Notes: generated by a model from the letters alone, not told the origin. 27,214 bases of DNA from Candidatus Methylomirabilia bacterium (GCA_041496385.1 JBGQEL010000053.1:1-27214), one strand, 5' to 3'; counted from the first letter of the stretch, positions 8,855-17,194 are shown. A program made the numbers and translations.

Positions 8855-8900
8855 GGGTCCCTCCATCATTCGTGTACTGCACATTTGTGGAATCGAATAG

Positions 8901-8917
8901 TCGCATCTTCCATGCCA
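8901..8917 (-). promoter_or_regulatory. Putative sigma54 (-24/-12) promoter of the pilin gene
   Basis: Minus strand TGGCATGGAAGATGCGA = GG-N10-GC with TGGCA and TGC cores, 47 bp upstream of the ATG. pilA genes are commonly RpoN-dependent. Confidence 0.7.
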
Positions 8918-9068
8918 TTCACCGATCGAGGCCCCCGGAACACACTTCACGGCTACTTGTCCGGCGACTCATCGTTGCGGCACGTGTGCGGGCGATCCAT
9001 TGCTAAGCAGCGCGCTGACCGAATTCTATTCGGCCGAGTTCCGGAAGACCCCGCGGTGACGAGGCGGT

Positions 9069-9554
9069 CTACGACGCGCGCAGCGACGTCTGCAGCAGCG
9101 CCAGCGCCGCCGTCGCGAACGTCCACATGTTCGACTCGCGCTCGCCATGCCGCGTCTCCAGCGTGAGCGCGCGCTCGACGGGCCCCGCCACCGCGAGGCA
9201 CGCGTGGCCAGCCGCGTCGCCATAACGGTTGCCCGTCGGCCCGCTCGCGCCCGTCTCGGCCAGCCCCCACGTCGCCCCCAGCAGCTCGCGGATGGACCGG
9301 GCCTTCAGGACGGCGTACGCCTCCGTGCTCGACCGGATGCCCTTGACCGCCTCGTCCGGTAGACGCAGGAGCGCGCGCCGCGCCGCCTGCGTGTAGATCA
9401 CGCCGCCCCCCAGGAAATAGGCCGAAGCGCCCGGCACGGCGAGCAGCGCGGCCGAGATCAGTCCTCCCGCCGCCGATTCCGCGACGGCGATCGTCTCCTT
9501 GCGCTCCTTCAGCAGCGCCCCGACCACTGCCGCCATCGTCGATAGCTCGCTCAT
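9069..9554 (-). CDS. CinA C-terminal family protein (PncC-like)
   Basis: TIAVAESAAGGLIS, VPGASAYFLGGGVIY, AETGASGP. ATG 9554 with GGGAGGG upstream. Confidence 0.9.
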   Translation of the reverse strand: MSELSTMAAVVGALLKERKETIAVAESAAGGLISAALLAVPGASAYFLGGGVIYTQAARRALLRLPDEAVKGIRSSTEAYAVLKARSIRELLGATWGLAETGASGPTGNRYGDAAGHACLAVAGPVERALTLETRHGERESNMWTFATAALALLQTSLRAS

Positions 9555-9597
9555 GATGTCATCGGCCCTCCCGGGCGTGCGTTCGATCGGCGGCACC

Positions 9598-10722
9598 TCA
9601 CGCGTCCTCGTCAGCCTGCGGCCGGCGGGCCTCCCGCGCGTGGCGCCAGAGAATCCTCAAGATCGCCATCAGCGGGACCGAGAGAAACATGCCGGCGGGC
9701 CCCGCGATCTCCCCGCCGGCGAGGACGCCGAAGATGACGAACGCGGGATGGATTTCGATGCCGCGACCCATCACCAGCGGATTCGACACGTAGTCCTGGA
9801 CGAATCTCCACCCGACTACGAACGCGATCAGCGCCAGCTCGTACCCGTAGCCCGTGAACGCCGCCACGCTGACGACGATGATGCCGGCGACGACGGGGCC
9901 GACGAGCGGAAGCACCTCGAGCGTGCCGCCGAGGGCGGCGAGGATGACGGGGTAGGGCACCCGCGCGATCAGGAAGACGACGGACCAGACGGCGAAGGTG
10001 ATGAGCGAAAGGATGACGAGGGCGCGCATGTACTCGCCGAGCAGGTGATGGAGATCCTCGCCGATCCTCAGCGACCGCTCCCGTTGTTGGCGCCGCTCCA
10101 GGAGCCCGGTCGCCGCCGCTACGAAGACCTCCGCGTCCTTCAGGATGAAGAACGCGAAGATCGGGATGAGGACGACGACCCACGCCCCCGCCAGCCACTT
10201 GAGCGCCGCCGCGGCGGCGCCCTGCGCGTAGGCGAGGATCTCGCCGGCGTGGCCCTGGACCACGCCCTGGATCCGGCGAACGGTCGCCTCCTCCCAACCG
10301 AACCGCTGGAGCGTCTCGCCCAGGTTCTCCCCGCTGCTCCACCGCTTCGAGATCTCCGGAAGCCGCTCGGCCAGCGCCCGGACCTCGGCCGTGAGGCGGG
10401 GGCCGAGGGCCGTGCCCATCGCCAGCAGCGCGCCGAGCAGCACGAGGTACACGACCACGATGGCGCGCGTGCGCGAGCGCAGGCCAGGCAGCCAGCGCTG
10501 GCTCGACTTGACGAGCGGGAAGATGAGATACGCGAAGAACACCGAGAACGCGAGCAGCAGGAGCACCTGCCGGAGCACATAGACGAGCGTCAGGCCGGCG
10601 CCGATCAGCCCCAGGGTCCACGCGACGCGCAGGGTGACGGGGTCAAGGCCCAGCCATGGCGGCCGGCGCCGGCCACTCGGCTCGCTGACCATGCGTGACG
10701 TACTCTCGTCAGCGCTCGCCAC
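9598..10722 (-). CDS. AI-2E family transporter (PerM-like); alternative start ATG 10692
   Basis: Multiple TM helices. FFILKD, EVLPLVGP, QDYVSNPLVMG, IHPAFVIFGVLAGGEIAGPAGMFLSVP. Confidence 0.92.
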   Translation of the reverse strand: MASADESTSRMVSEPSGRRRPPWLGLDPVTLRVAWTLGLIGAGLTLVYVLRQVLLLLAFSVFFAYLIFPLVKSSQRWLPGLRSRTRAIVVVYLVLLGALLAMGTALGPRLTAEVRALAERLPEISKRWSSGENLGETLQRFGWEEATVRRIQGVVQGHAGEILAYAQGAAAAALKWLAGAWVVVLIPIFAFFILKDAEVFVAAATGLLERRQQRERSLRIGEDLHHLLGEYMRALVILSLITFAVWSVVFLIARVPYPVILAALGGTLEVLPLVGPVVAGIIVVSVAAFTGYGYELALIAFVVGWRFVQDYVSNPLVMGRGIEIHPAFVIFGVLAGGEIAGPAGMFLSVPLMAILRILWRHAREARRPQADEDA

Positions 10723-10759
10723 CGATCGCCGTCTCCGTCGAGCGCTGTGGCGTGTTCTT

Positions 10760-10804
10760 GTGCATCGAGAGTTGCACCGTAGACGACCGTGCGTGTCGCG
10801 TCAA
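10760..10804 (-). promoter_or_regulatory. Putative sigma70 promoter of the AI-2E gene with overlapping palindrome
   Basis: Minus strand TTGACG-N17-TACGGT (10804-10776). GTGCA-N8-TGCAC palindrome at 10760-10777 spans the predicted start site. Confidence 0.5.
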
Positions 10805-10860
10805 GCGGCCCGCAGGCGCACCCGACCCTCGCCGCGCCGCATGATAGCGCGCAGCGTGAA

Positions 10861-10988
10861 CTTCTGCTGTCGTCCCCAAACTTTCTTGGCGCCTTCCCGC
10901 CCCCCACACCGACCTGGGGAAACATGCTGTGCTGGCATTCAACCTCTTCGGCGACGGCATTCGCGATACCCTGGATCCACGGCTGTCG
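10861..10988 (+). pseudogene. Remnant of the C-terminus of a DppC/OppC-type peptide ABC permease
   Basis: One frame reads LLLSSPNFLGAFPPPTPTWGNML (10861-10929). A shifted frame continues VLAFNLFGDGIRDTLDPRL (10929-10985). Both are hallmark DppC motifs, and the intervening segment is missing. Confidence 0.75.
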
Positions 10989-11096
10989 CCCGCCTTCTTG
11001 AGAATGATGTTGGGGAGCCGGCGAGGGTGACCGGGAGGCGTCGGCCCTGTCCGGGACCGGGGGCTCTCCGGCCCTGGGGAATAAGGGCGCGGGGAC

Positions 11097-11125
11097 TAAA
11101 TGTTCTCCCGCTTCCGAGCGTCTAA
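11097..11125 (+). promoter_or_regulatory. Candidate ECF-sigma promoter
   Basis: TAAAT-N17-CGTCTAA about 20 bp upstream of ATG 11144. Confidence 0.4.
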
Positions 11126-11143
11126 TGTTGCCAGGGGGGGAGT

Positions 11144-11509
11144 ATGAAAAAGTCAGTGGCGGTTTCGCTTCTGGCGGTCGTTCTGCTTCTCGCTCTTGCC
11201 GCACCGAGTCATGCCTGGCGCGGGCATGGCGGGCGTGGCCACGTCTTCATCGGTGTCGGGCCCGGGGTTTGGTGGGGGCCGGGTCCGTACTGGTGGTACT
11301 ACCCGCCGCCGCCCTATGTCTACGCCCCTCCCACCGTCATCGTCCAGGAGCCGCCGGTGTACACCCAGCAGCAGATCGCGCCCATGGCACCCCCGGCGCC
11401 GCCCCAGCAGGAGTCGTACTGGTACTACTGTCAGAGCGCCCAGGCTTACTACCCGAACACGCCGTCCTGTCCAGAGGCGTGGATCAAGGTCGCGCCGAGG
11501 CCCCAGTAG
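11144..11509 (+). CDS. Small exported Pro/Tyr/Trp-rich protein
   Basis: GGGGAG ribosome site, signal peptide ending SHA, WWYYPPPP, C-terminal YWYYC...YYP...CPEAWIKV motif. Confidence 0.85.
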   Translation: MKKSVAVSLLAVVLLLALAAPSHAWRGHGGRGHVFIGVGPGVWWGPGPYWWYYPPPPYVYAPPTVIVQEPPVYTQQQIAPMAPPAPPQQESYWYYCQSAQAYYPNTPSCPEAWIKVAPRPQ

Positions 11510-11511
11510 CC

Positions 11512-12150
11512 ATGATGCGGATGGGACGCGTCCTCCCGGTCGCGGCGGCACTGCTCCTGACGGCGTGCGCGACGGTGCCCACGGGCCCCAGCGTCATGGT
11601 CCTTCCGGGCAGCGGGAAGAATTTCGATCAGTTTCAGGTCGACGACGCCACGTGCCGCCAGTGGGCGGCGCAACAGACGGGGACGACGACTCACCAGGCG
11701 TCCACCGAAAGCACGGTCACCGGGGCGGTCGTCGGGACGGTGCTAGGTGCGGCCGTTGGCGCGGCCATCGGCGCGGCCGCCGGGAGTCCGGCCACTGGCG
11801 CTGCGGTCGGCGCGGGCGTCGGGCTCCTGGGTGGAACGGCGGCGGGCGCGGGCAATGCCCAGGCCGCCGGCGTGTCCGTCCAGCGCCGCTACGACGCCGC
11901 CTACATGCAGTGCATGTACGCCAAGGGCAACCAGGTCCCGCTTCCGAGAGGCGCTCAACCGGCATACACGGGACAGCAGCACTACGCCGCTCCGCCACCG
12001 CCACCGCCACCGCCGCCGCCGGCGATGTCACCCTCGAGCGTCCCGCCGCCGCCGCCCGCCGGAATGCCGCCACCGCCGCCGTCCGCGGGAATGCCCCCAC
12101 CGCCGCCACCCGGAATGCCGCCGCCGCCTCCGCCCGGGCCTTACCGCTGA
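11512..12150 (+). CDS. Glycine-zipper lipoprotein with poly-proline tail
   Basis: Lipobox LLTAC, PTGPSVMVLPGSGKNFDQF...C, GAVVGTVLGAAVGAAIG zipper, YDAAYMQCMYAKGNQVP. Starts 2 bp after the upstream stop. Confidence 0.88.
   Translation: MMRMGRVLPVAAALLLTACATVPTGPSVMVLPGSGKNFDQFQVDDATCRQWAAQQTGTTTHQASTESTVTGAVVGTVLGAAVGAAIGAAAGSPATGAAVGAGVGLLGGTAAGAGNAQAAGVSVQRRYDAAYMQCMYAKGNQVPLPRGAQPAYTGQQHYAAPPPPPPPPPPAMSPSSVPPPPPAGMPPPPPSAGMPPPPPPGMPPPPPPGPYR
11992..12135 (+). repeat. Poly-proline coding low-complexity repeat with three GMPPPP units
   Basis: CCG/CCA runs; GGAATGCC at 12061, 12088 and 12112. Confidence 0.85.
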
Positions 12151-12154
12151 CGGG

Positions 12155-12889
12155 CTAGAGCTCGGGCGGGGCCTCCTCCGCATCGATGGCGGAGAGCCGA
12201 TCGAAGCTCACCGCGAGGCGCTCCGCCTCGTCGGTCTGGATGAGCAGGCCGTCGTCGCTCAGCTCGAGCAGGGTTCCGACGATCGGCCGTGGCGAGTTCA
12301 GGACGGAGAGAACGACGCGCCGTCCCTTGTACCCGGACGCTTCGGCCCGCCACAGCACCACCATCGCCCGGCTGAGATCGGTCACCTCGCGGATCGCCCC
12401 GAGGCCGGGCACGCGGCGCGCTTCCGCCGCCGCCCGGCCCATGGGCCCGACCGCCGGGGCACTGGCCGCCGGCCCTGGCGTCCTGGTGCCTGGTGAGGGA
12501 GCGCTCGGCGTGGCGGGCGGGGCGGAGGTTCCGGCGCGGGCCCAGGCTCCGGCGGCCGACGGAACACCGGCTCGTGTCGCCGAGGCGCTCGCGCGCGCCG
12601 CCGAGCGCTCACCGAGCTCGACGATTCTCCTGAGCCCCGCGACGAGGTCGGACATCTGTCCCATGAGCCGGCGGAACATCAGGAAGCCGACGAGCGCGAC
12701 GACCAGGGCCAGGCCGATGACGAGCTGAGCCTGCAAGCTCGCGAGGGCGCCCAGGTGGTGCACGGTCCAGACGAAGAGCAGGAGCGGCACGACGGCGGTC
12801 AGCGCGAACACGGCGGAAGCGGCCTGCCGGAGCGTGTTCGACCGCGCCTTCGGCTCCGCCGCGCTCGCGTCCACGGCCGACCCCGCCAT
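12155..12889 (-). CDS. Hypothetical 2-TM membrane protein with Ala/Pro linker and C-terminal Sm/SH3-like beta domain
   Basis: Two hydrophobic helices, then an amphipathic helix, a low-complexity linker and YKGRRVVLSVLNSPRPIVGTLLELSDDGLLIQTDEAERLAVSFDRLSAID. Confidence 0.7.
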   Translation of the reverse strand: MAGSAVDASAAEPKARSNTLRQAASAVFALTAVVPLLLFVWTVHHLGALASLQAQLVIGLALVVALVGFLMFRRLMGQMSDLVAGLRRIVELGERSAARASASATRAGVPSAAGAWARAGTSAPPATPSAPSPGTRTPGPAASAPAVGPMGRAAAEARRVPGLGAIREVTDLSRAMVVLWRAEASGYKGRRVVLSVLNSPRPIVGTLLELSDDGLLIQTDEAERLAVSFDRLSAIDAEEAPPEL

Positions 12890-12941
12890 CAACCCCGATC
12901 CTAGAGAAGAAGTCGGCGATTCACCCCAGGAAAACCGCCGT

Positions 12942-13562
12942 CTAGGAAGGCGGACCCTCCAGTCGCAGCGCCTGCGCGCGGTCCTCGACCGGAATCTTGT
13001 CCCACTGATCGGTCCACGTCGTGACGCCCTGATCGTCGGTCCAGCGGAAGAGCTGGGGCTGGGACGTCGGGGGCCCCGGCGCCGCGGGCGCCGCCGGTGC
13101 GGGGGCCGAGGCCGGTGGCGGCGGAGGGGGAGGCGGCGGCGCGTTCGGGATCCACACCCACTGATAGGGCGTCGTGACCCCGTCGCCGTAGAGCTCGTAG
13201 CGCCCGTGCGGGTACAGGATCACGCGCGACATGGACCCCGGCGGCGGGACCGGCGGCTCGACGTAGGAGTAGGTGTTGGCGTACGGCTGCGGCGCGATGA
13301 CGACGGTCGGCGTCGTGTAGAACACGGGCGGCGGCGAGTACACGAAGAGCGGCGACGCCACGATCGGGAACGGCGCGAAGCGGTGAAAGAACGGCGGCCC
13401 GACGAACGGGCGCGCGACGAACGGGCGGGGGACGACGCGCGGGCCGATCGTCACGTGTGTCCCGTGGCGCTGGGGGGGCCCGCCGGCGAGCGCGGGGGCC
13501 GGCGGGAACGCGCCGAGGGCCAGGGCTACCGAGAGCGTGAGCGCGATCGAAGGCCTGTGCAT
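12942..13562 (-). CDS. Exported proline-rich protein with C-terminal DUF4124-like motif
   Basis: GGGAGG ribosome site, signal peptide ending ALA, YPHGRYELYGDGVTTPYQWVWIP, LFRWTDDQGVTTWTDQWDKIP. Confidence 0.8.
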   Translation of the reverse strand: MHRPSIALTLSVALALGAFPPAPALAGGPPQRHGTHVTIGPRVVPRPFVARPFVGPPFFHRFAPFPIVASPLFVYSPPPVFYTTPTVVIAPQPYANTYSYVEPPVPPPGSMSRVILYPHGRYELYGDGVTTPYQWVWIPNAPPPPPPPPPASAPAPAAPAAPGPPTSQPQLFRWTDDQGVTTWTDQWDKIPVEDRAQALRLEGPPS

Positions 13563-13592
13563 ACCGCCTCCCGCCGACGACGATCTAGGCGA

Positions 13593-13621
13593 AGTCTGCG
13601 CGCCGCGCGCGCCCGCGTCAA
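13593..13621 (-). promoter_or_regulatory. Putative sigma70 promoter of the DUF4124-like gene
   Basis: Minus strand TTGACG-N17-CAGACT about 30 bp upstream of the ATG. Confidence 0.5.
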
Positions 13622-13725
13622 GCTCGCGCCTCGGCTGCGGTGAGCGTCCGCCGCGCCGCACACATGACCTTCGAGGTCGTTGCGTCATGCGGATGCGATA
13701 TCATCGCACCCCGCGAGGAGGTTCC

Positions 13726-13980
13726 ATGGGAGCCAAGGGCGAAACGCTGGAACGCGCGGTCGAGTTCCTCGCGTCCGGAGCGTGGCAGCAGGCGCACGAG
13801 ATCGTCCAGCAGGAGAAATCCACGCTGGCGGCCTGGCTCCACGGCATCGTGCACACCCTCGAGGGGGATCTCGACAACGCCCGGTACTGGTACCGGACGG
13901 CCGACCGCCCGTTTCCCGGACCGGACGCCGTCCGGGAGGAGATCGCCGCGGCACGGCAGGCGCTGCGGGACGGAGGCTGA
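13726..13980 (+). CDS. Conserved hypothetical small helical protein (84 aa)
   Basis: GAGGAGG ribosome site. WQQAHEIVQ...AWLHGIVHTLEGDLDNARYWY resembles a widespread uncharacterised family. Confidence 0.85.
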   Translation: MGAKGETLERAVEFLASGAWQQAHEIVQQEKSTLAAWLHGIVHTLEGDLDNARYWYRTADRPFPGPDAVREEIAAARQALRDGG

Positions 13981-13984
13981 CGCC

Positions 13985-14722
13985 TCAGCCCTGGAGATCC
14001 AGCAGCAGCGCGGCGTGATCGCTCAGGCCGATCGTGCGCGGCCGGGCTCGCCGCCCCCAGTCGTGGCGGAAGTCGCGCAGGCGGGGGAGCAGCTCGCGAT
14101 TGACGAAGGCCTGATCGATCCGGAAGCCATTGCGCCCGTTCGGCGAGTACCAGGTGTACGCGCGCGCGGCGCCCTGCCTGACCCGGAACGCGTCGTGCCA
14201 GCCTAGGCGTTCGAGGGACGCGAGCCAGGCGTCCTCCCGCGGCCCGAACACCGGGGTTTCCTCGTCGAGCCCTGGCCGGCCGGAGTTCGTATCGCCGAGC
14301 AGCAGCGCCGGGCCGCGCCGCCAGCGGCGGAGCGATCCGAGCACGCCCTCATAGAACTCATCCTTCCGGCCCGTCACGCGATTCGGAACGTGCATCGCGC
14401 CCAGCGTAAGCGGTCGGGGAGCGTCGACGGTGACCAGCAGCCACCGTCCCGGCTCCTCCGGCTCGGGCCGCAGGCGGAGCCGGCGCAGGGGCCAGCGGGC
14501 GGCGACGAGCAGCCGGTTGGCGCTCGGCTGCGCCGGGTCCGCCGTCGTGCACTGGTGCGCGAGGCCGAGCGCGGCCAGGGCGCGCGCCAGCTCGAGGCTC
14601 GGCGGGGTCGCGCGGAACTCGCAGAGCGCCACCGCATCGGGGGCCCAGCCCGCGAGTCGGCGGGCCAGCTTGCCGACGCGCGTGCCCCCGCCCGCGCAGA
14701 TGTTCCAGAAGACGATTCGCAT
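13985..14722 (-). CDS. Endonuclease/exonuclease/phosphatase (ExoIII-like) family protein
   Basis: MRIVFWNI, LCEF, LLGDTNSG, YTWYS, RIDQAF, SDHA. Confidence 0.9.
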   Translation of the reverse strand: MRIVFWNICAGGGTRVGKLARRLAGWAPDAVALCEFRATPPSLELARALAALGLAHQCTTADPAQPSANRLLVAARWPLRRLRLRPEPEEPGRWLLVTVDAPRPLTLGAMHVPNRVTGRKDEFYEGVLGSLRRWRRGPALLLGDTNSGRPGLDEETPVFGPREDAWLASLERLGWHDAFRVRQGAARAYTWYSPNGRNGFRIDQAFVNRELLPRLRDFRHDWGRRARPRTIGLSDHAALLLDLQG

Positions 14723-14782
14723 GACGGCCGCGCCGAGCGTAAACCCTTTCCGTCCCGCCGGCACCGGGTACTATGAGGACCC

Positions 14783-17110
14783 ATGGGCGAATTTGGGATC
14801 GGACAGGGCATCAAGCGATTCGAGGACCCCCGGCTCCTGCGCGGCCAGGGGCGGTTCCACAACGACGTGAACCTCCCGGGACAGACCCACGCCGTCGTCG
14901 TGCGCTCGATGCACGCGCACGCGCGGATCCGGTCGATCGATACGGCCGCCGCGCTGCGGGCGCCCGGCGTCCTCGCGGTGCTGACCGGCGCCGACCTGGC
15001 GCGCGACGGCCTCGGCACGATGCGCATGACGCTCAAGCGCAAGCGCCCCGACGGCGCACCGATGTTCGCCCCGCCCCACCGCGGCCTCGCGCAGGACCGC
15101 GCGCGGTACGTCGGCGACCCCGTCGCCCTTGTCGTCGCGGAGACGCTGGCGCAGGCCGAGGACGCGGCCGAGCTGGTGCGGGTCGACTACGAGCCGCTGC
15201 CGTCGGTGACGGCGACGGCGGAGGCGATGGGCGGCGCCCCGGTATGGACCGAGTGTCCCGACAACGTCTCCAACGTCTTCGAGGCCGGCGACCGGTCGGC
15301 GGCCGACGCTGCCTTCACGCGCGCCGCCCGTGTCGTCCGGCGCCGCTACGTGATCACCCGCGTGCACGCGCAGTACCTGGAGCCCCGGGGCGCGCTCGGC
15401 ATCTACGATCCGGGCGAGGATCGCTACACGCTCTACGCGGATGTCCAGTATCCGCACCGGGTGCGCAACGCCCTGGCGAGCAACATCTTCCAGATCCCGG
15501 AGCACAGGATCCGGGTCATCGCCGGCGACGTCGGCGGCGCCTTCGGGACGAAGGGCTGGCAGTATCCCGAGCACCGGCTCGTGCTCTGGGCGGCGCGCAA
15601 GCTCGGCCGGCCGGTGAAGTGGGCGTGCGAGCGCCGCGAGGCGATCCCGGCCGACGAGCACGCGCGGGACAACGTGACCGAGGCGGAGCTGGCGCTGGAC
15701 GACGCGGGCCGCTTTCAGGCACTCCGCGTCCGGACCCTCGCCAACGTCGGCGCCTACGTCTCCTCGGACCGCAACCTGCTCGCGACCTTCACCAACGTGG
15801 CGACGCTCGTGGGCGTCTACACGTTCCCGGCGGCGCACGTCCACGTCACCTGCGTCCTCACCAACACCAACTCGACGGCGCCGTACCGGGGGGCGGGTCG
15901 GCCGGAGGCCACCTACGTCATCGAGCGGCTGATCGACGACGCGGCGGCCGAGCTGGGCCTAGACCGCGTGGAGCTCCGGCGGAAGAATCTCATCGCGTCG
16001 TCCGCGATGCCGTACCGGACGCCCCTCGGCGTGACCTACGACTGCGGCGAGTTCGAGAAGAGCATGGACGCCGCGGTGAAGCTCGCCGACGTCGCCGGCT
16101 TCGCCGCCCGCCGCGAGGCGTCGCGCCGGCGCGGCAGGCTGCGCGGCATCGCCGTCGTCAACGCCATCGAGCGGGCCGCGGGGCCCCAGCCCGAGTTCGC
16201 GGAGATCCGGTTCGCCCCGAGCGGGAGCGCGACCGTCTTCCTGGGCACCAAGAACCAGGGCCAGGGCCACGAGACGACGTTCAAGCAGATCCTGCACGAG
16301 CGGCTCGGCCTCGACCCCGCCGACGTCCGCTACATCGACGGCGACACGGACCGGGTCGGCTTCGGGATGGGCACGATGGGCTCCCGCTCGACCGTCATCG
16401 GCGGCACCGCGCTCTGGATGGCGGCCGACAAGGTGATCGCCAAGGGCAGGAAGATCGCCGCCCGGCTGCTCGAGGCGGCCGACGCCGACATCGTGTTCGC
16501 CGACGGCCGCTTCGGCGTGAGGGGGACCGACCGCGGCGTCGCCCTCAAGGAGGTCGCCCGGGCCGCCTTCCAGCCGGCCCAGCTCCCGCCCGGGCTCGAA
16601 CCCGGCCTCTACGAGACGGGGACGTTCTCGCCGACGCAGGATACCTGGCCCAACGGCTGCCACGTCTGCGAGGTCGAGATCGATCCCGACACGGGCGCGG
16701 TCGCGCTCGTCGCGTACGTGATCGTCGACGACGTGGGCACCGTGATCAATCCGCTGACGCTCAAGGGCCAGATCCACGGCGGCGTGGCGCAGGGCGTGGG
16801 GCAGGCGCTCATGGAGCAGGTCGTGTACGACGCCGAGTCGGGTCAGCTCCTGACCGCGTCGTTCATGGACTACGCGATGCCCCGCGCCGACACGCTGCCC
16901 GACCTGCACATCGAGAGCAACCCGGTTCCGACGAAGCTGAACCCGCTCGGGGCCAAGGGAGCCGGCGAGGCGGGCACCGTCGGCGCGCTCCCGGCCGTGA
17001 TGAACGCGGTCCTCGACGCGCTCGCGCCGCACGGCGTCCGCCAGCTCGACATGCCGGCCACGAGCGAGCGCGTCTGGCACGCGCTGCGGGCCGCCGCCGC
17101 GAGGGCCTGA
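14783..17110 (+). CDS. Xanthine dehydrogenase family molybdopterin-binding subunit (CoxL/CutL form II-like)
   Basis: KRFEDPRLLRG, DVGGAFGTK, PYRGAGRPE, QGQGHET, GQIHGGVAQGVGQAL, GAKGAGEAG. Confidence 0.95.
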   Translation: MGEFGIGQGIKRFEDPRLLRGQGRFHNDVNLPGQTHAVVVRSMHAHARIRSIDTAAALRAPGVLAVLTGADLARDGLGTMRMTLKRKRPDGAPMFAPPHRGLAQDRARYVGDPVALVVAETLAQAEDAAELVRVDYEPLPSVTATAEAMGGAPVWTECPDNVSNVFEAGDRSAADAAFTRAARVVRRRYVITRVHAQYLEPRGALGIYDPGEDRYTLYADVQYPHRVRNALASNIFQIPEHRIRVIAGDVGGAFGTKGWQYPEHRLVLWAARKLGRPVKWACERREAIPADEHARDNVTEAELALDDAGRFQALRVRTLANVGAYVSSDRNLLATFTNVATLVGVYTFPAAHVHVTCVLTNTNSTAPYRGAGRPEATYVIERLIDDAAAELGLDRVELRRKNLIASSAMPYRTPLGVTYDCGEFEKSMDAAVKLADVAGFAARREASRRRGRLRGIAVVNAIERAAGPQPEFAEIRFAPSGSATVFLGTKNQGQGHETTFKQILHERLGLDPADVRYIDGDTDRVGFGMGTMGSRSTVIGGTALWMAADKVIAKGRKIAARLLEAADADIVFADGRFGVRGTDRGVALKEVARAAFQPAQLPPGLEPGLYETGTFSPTQDTWPNGCHVCEVEIDPDTGAVALVAYVIVDDVGTVINPLTLKGQIHGGVAQGVGQALMEQVVYDAESGQLLTASFMDYAMPRADTLPDLHIESNPVPTKLNPLGAKGAGEAGTVGALPAVMNAVLDALAPHGVRQLDMPATSERVWHALRAAAARA

Positions 17111-17194
17111 CGCCCTGCCGGCGGTTGACAGGTGTGGCCGCGCGTGCGAACGTAGCGGCCCCACATGAATTGCGGCGTTCGGAGGGCCGGGCGA

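Noticed and set aside
11125..11511. 5' extension of the 341-aa ORF
   Set aside because: Overlaps the 121-aa gene in another frame. The lipoprotein signal begins at 11512.
13985..14722. EEP nuclease as part of a defence system or retroelement
   Set aside because: No adjacent RT, helicase, methylase or other defence genes. Consistent with a stand-alone repair-type enzyme.
14783..17110. True aerobic CO dehydrogenase (form I coxL)
   Set aside because: Lacks the AYxCSFR motif and the coxMS/accessory genes.
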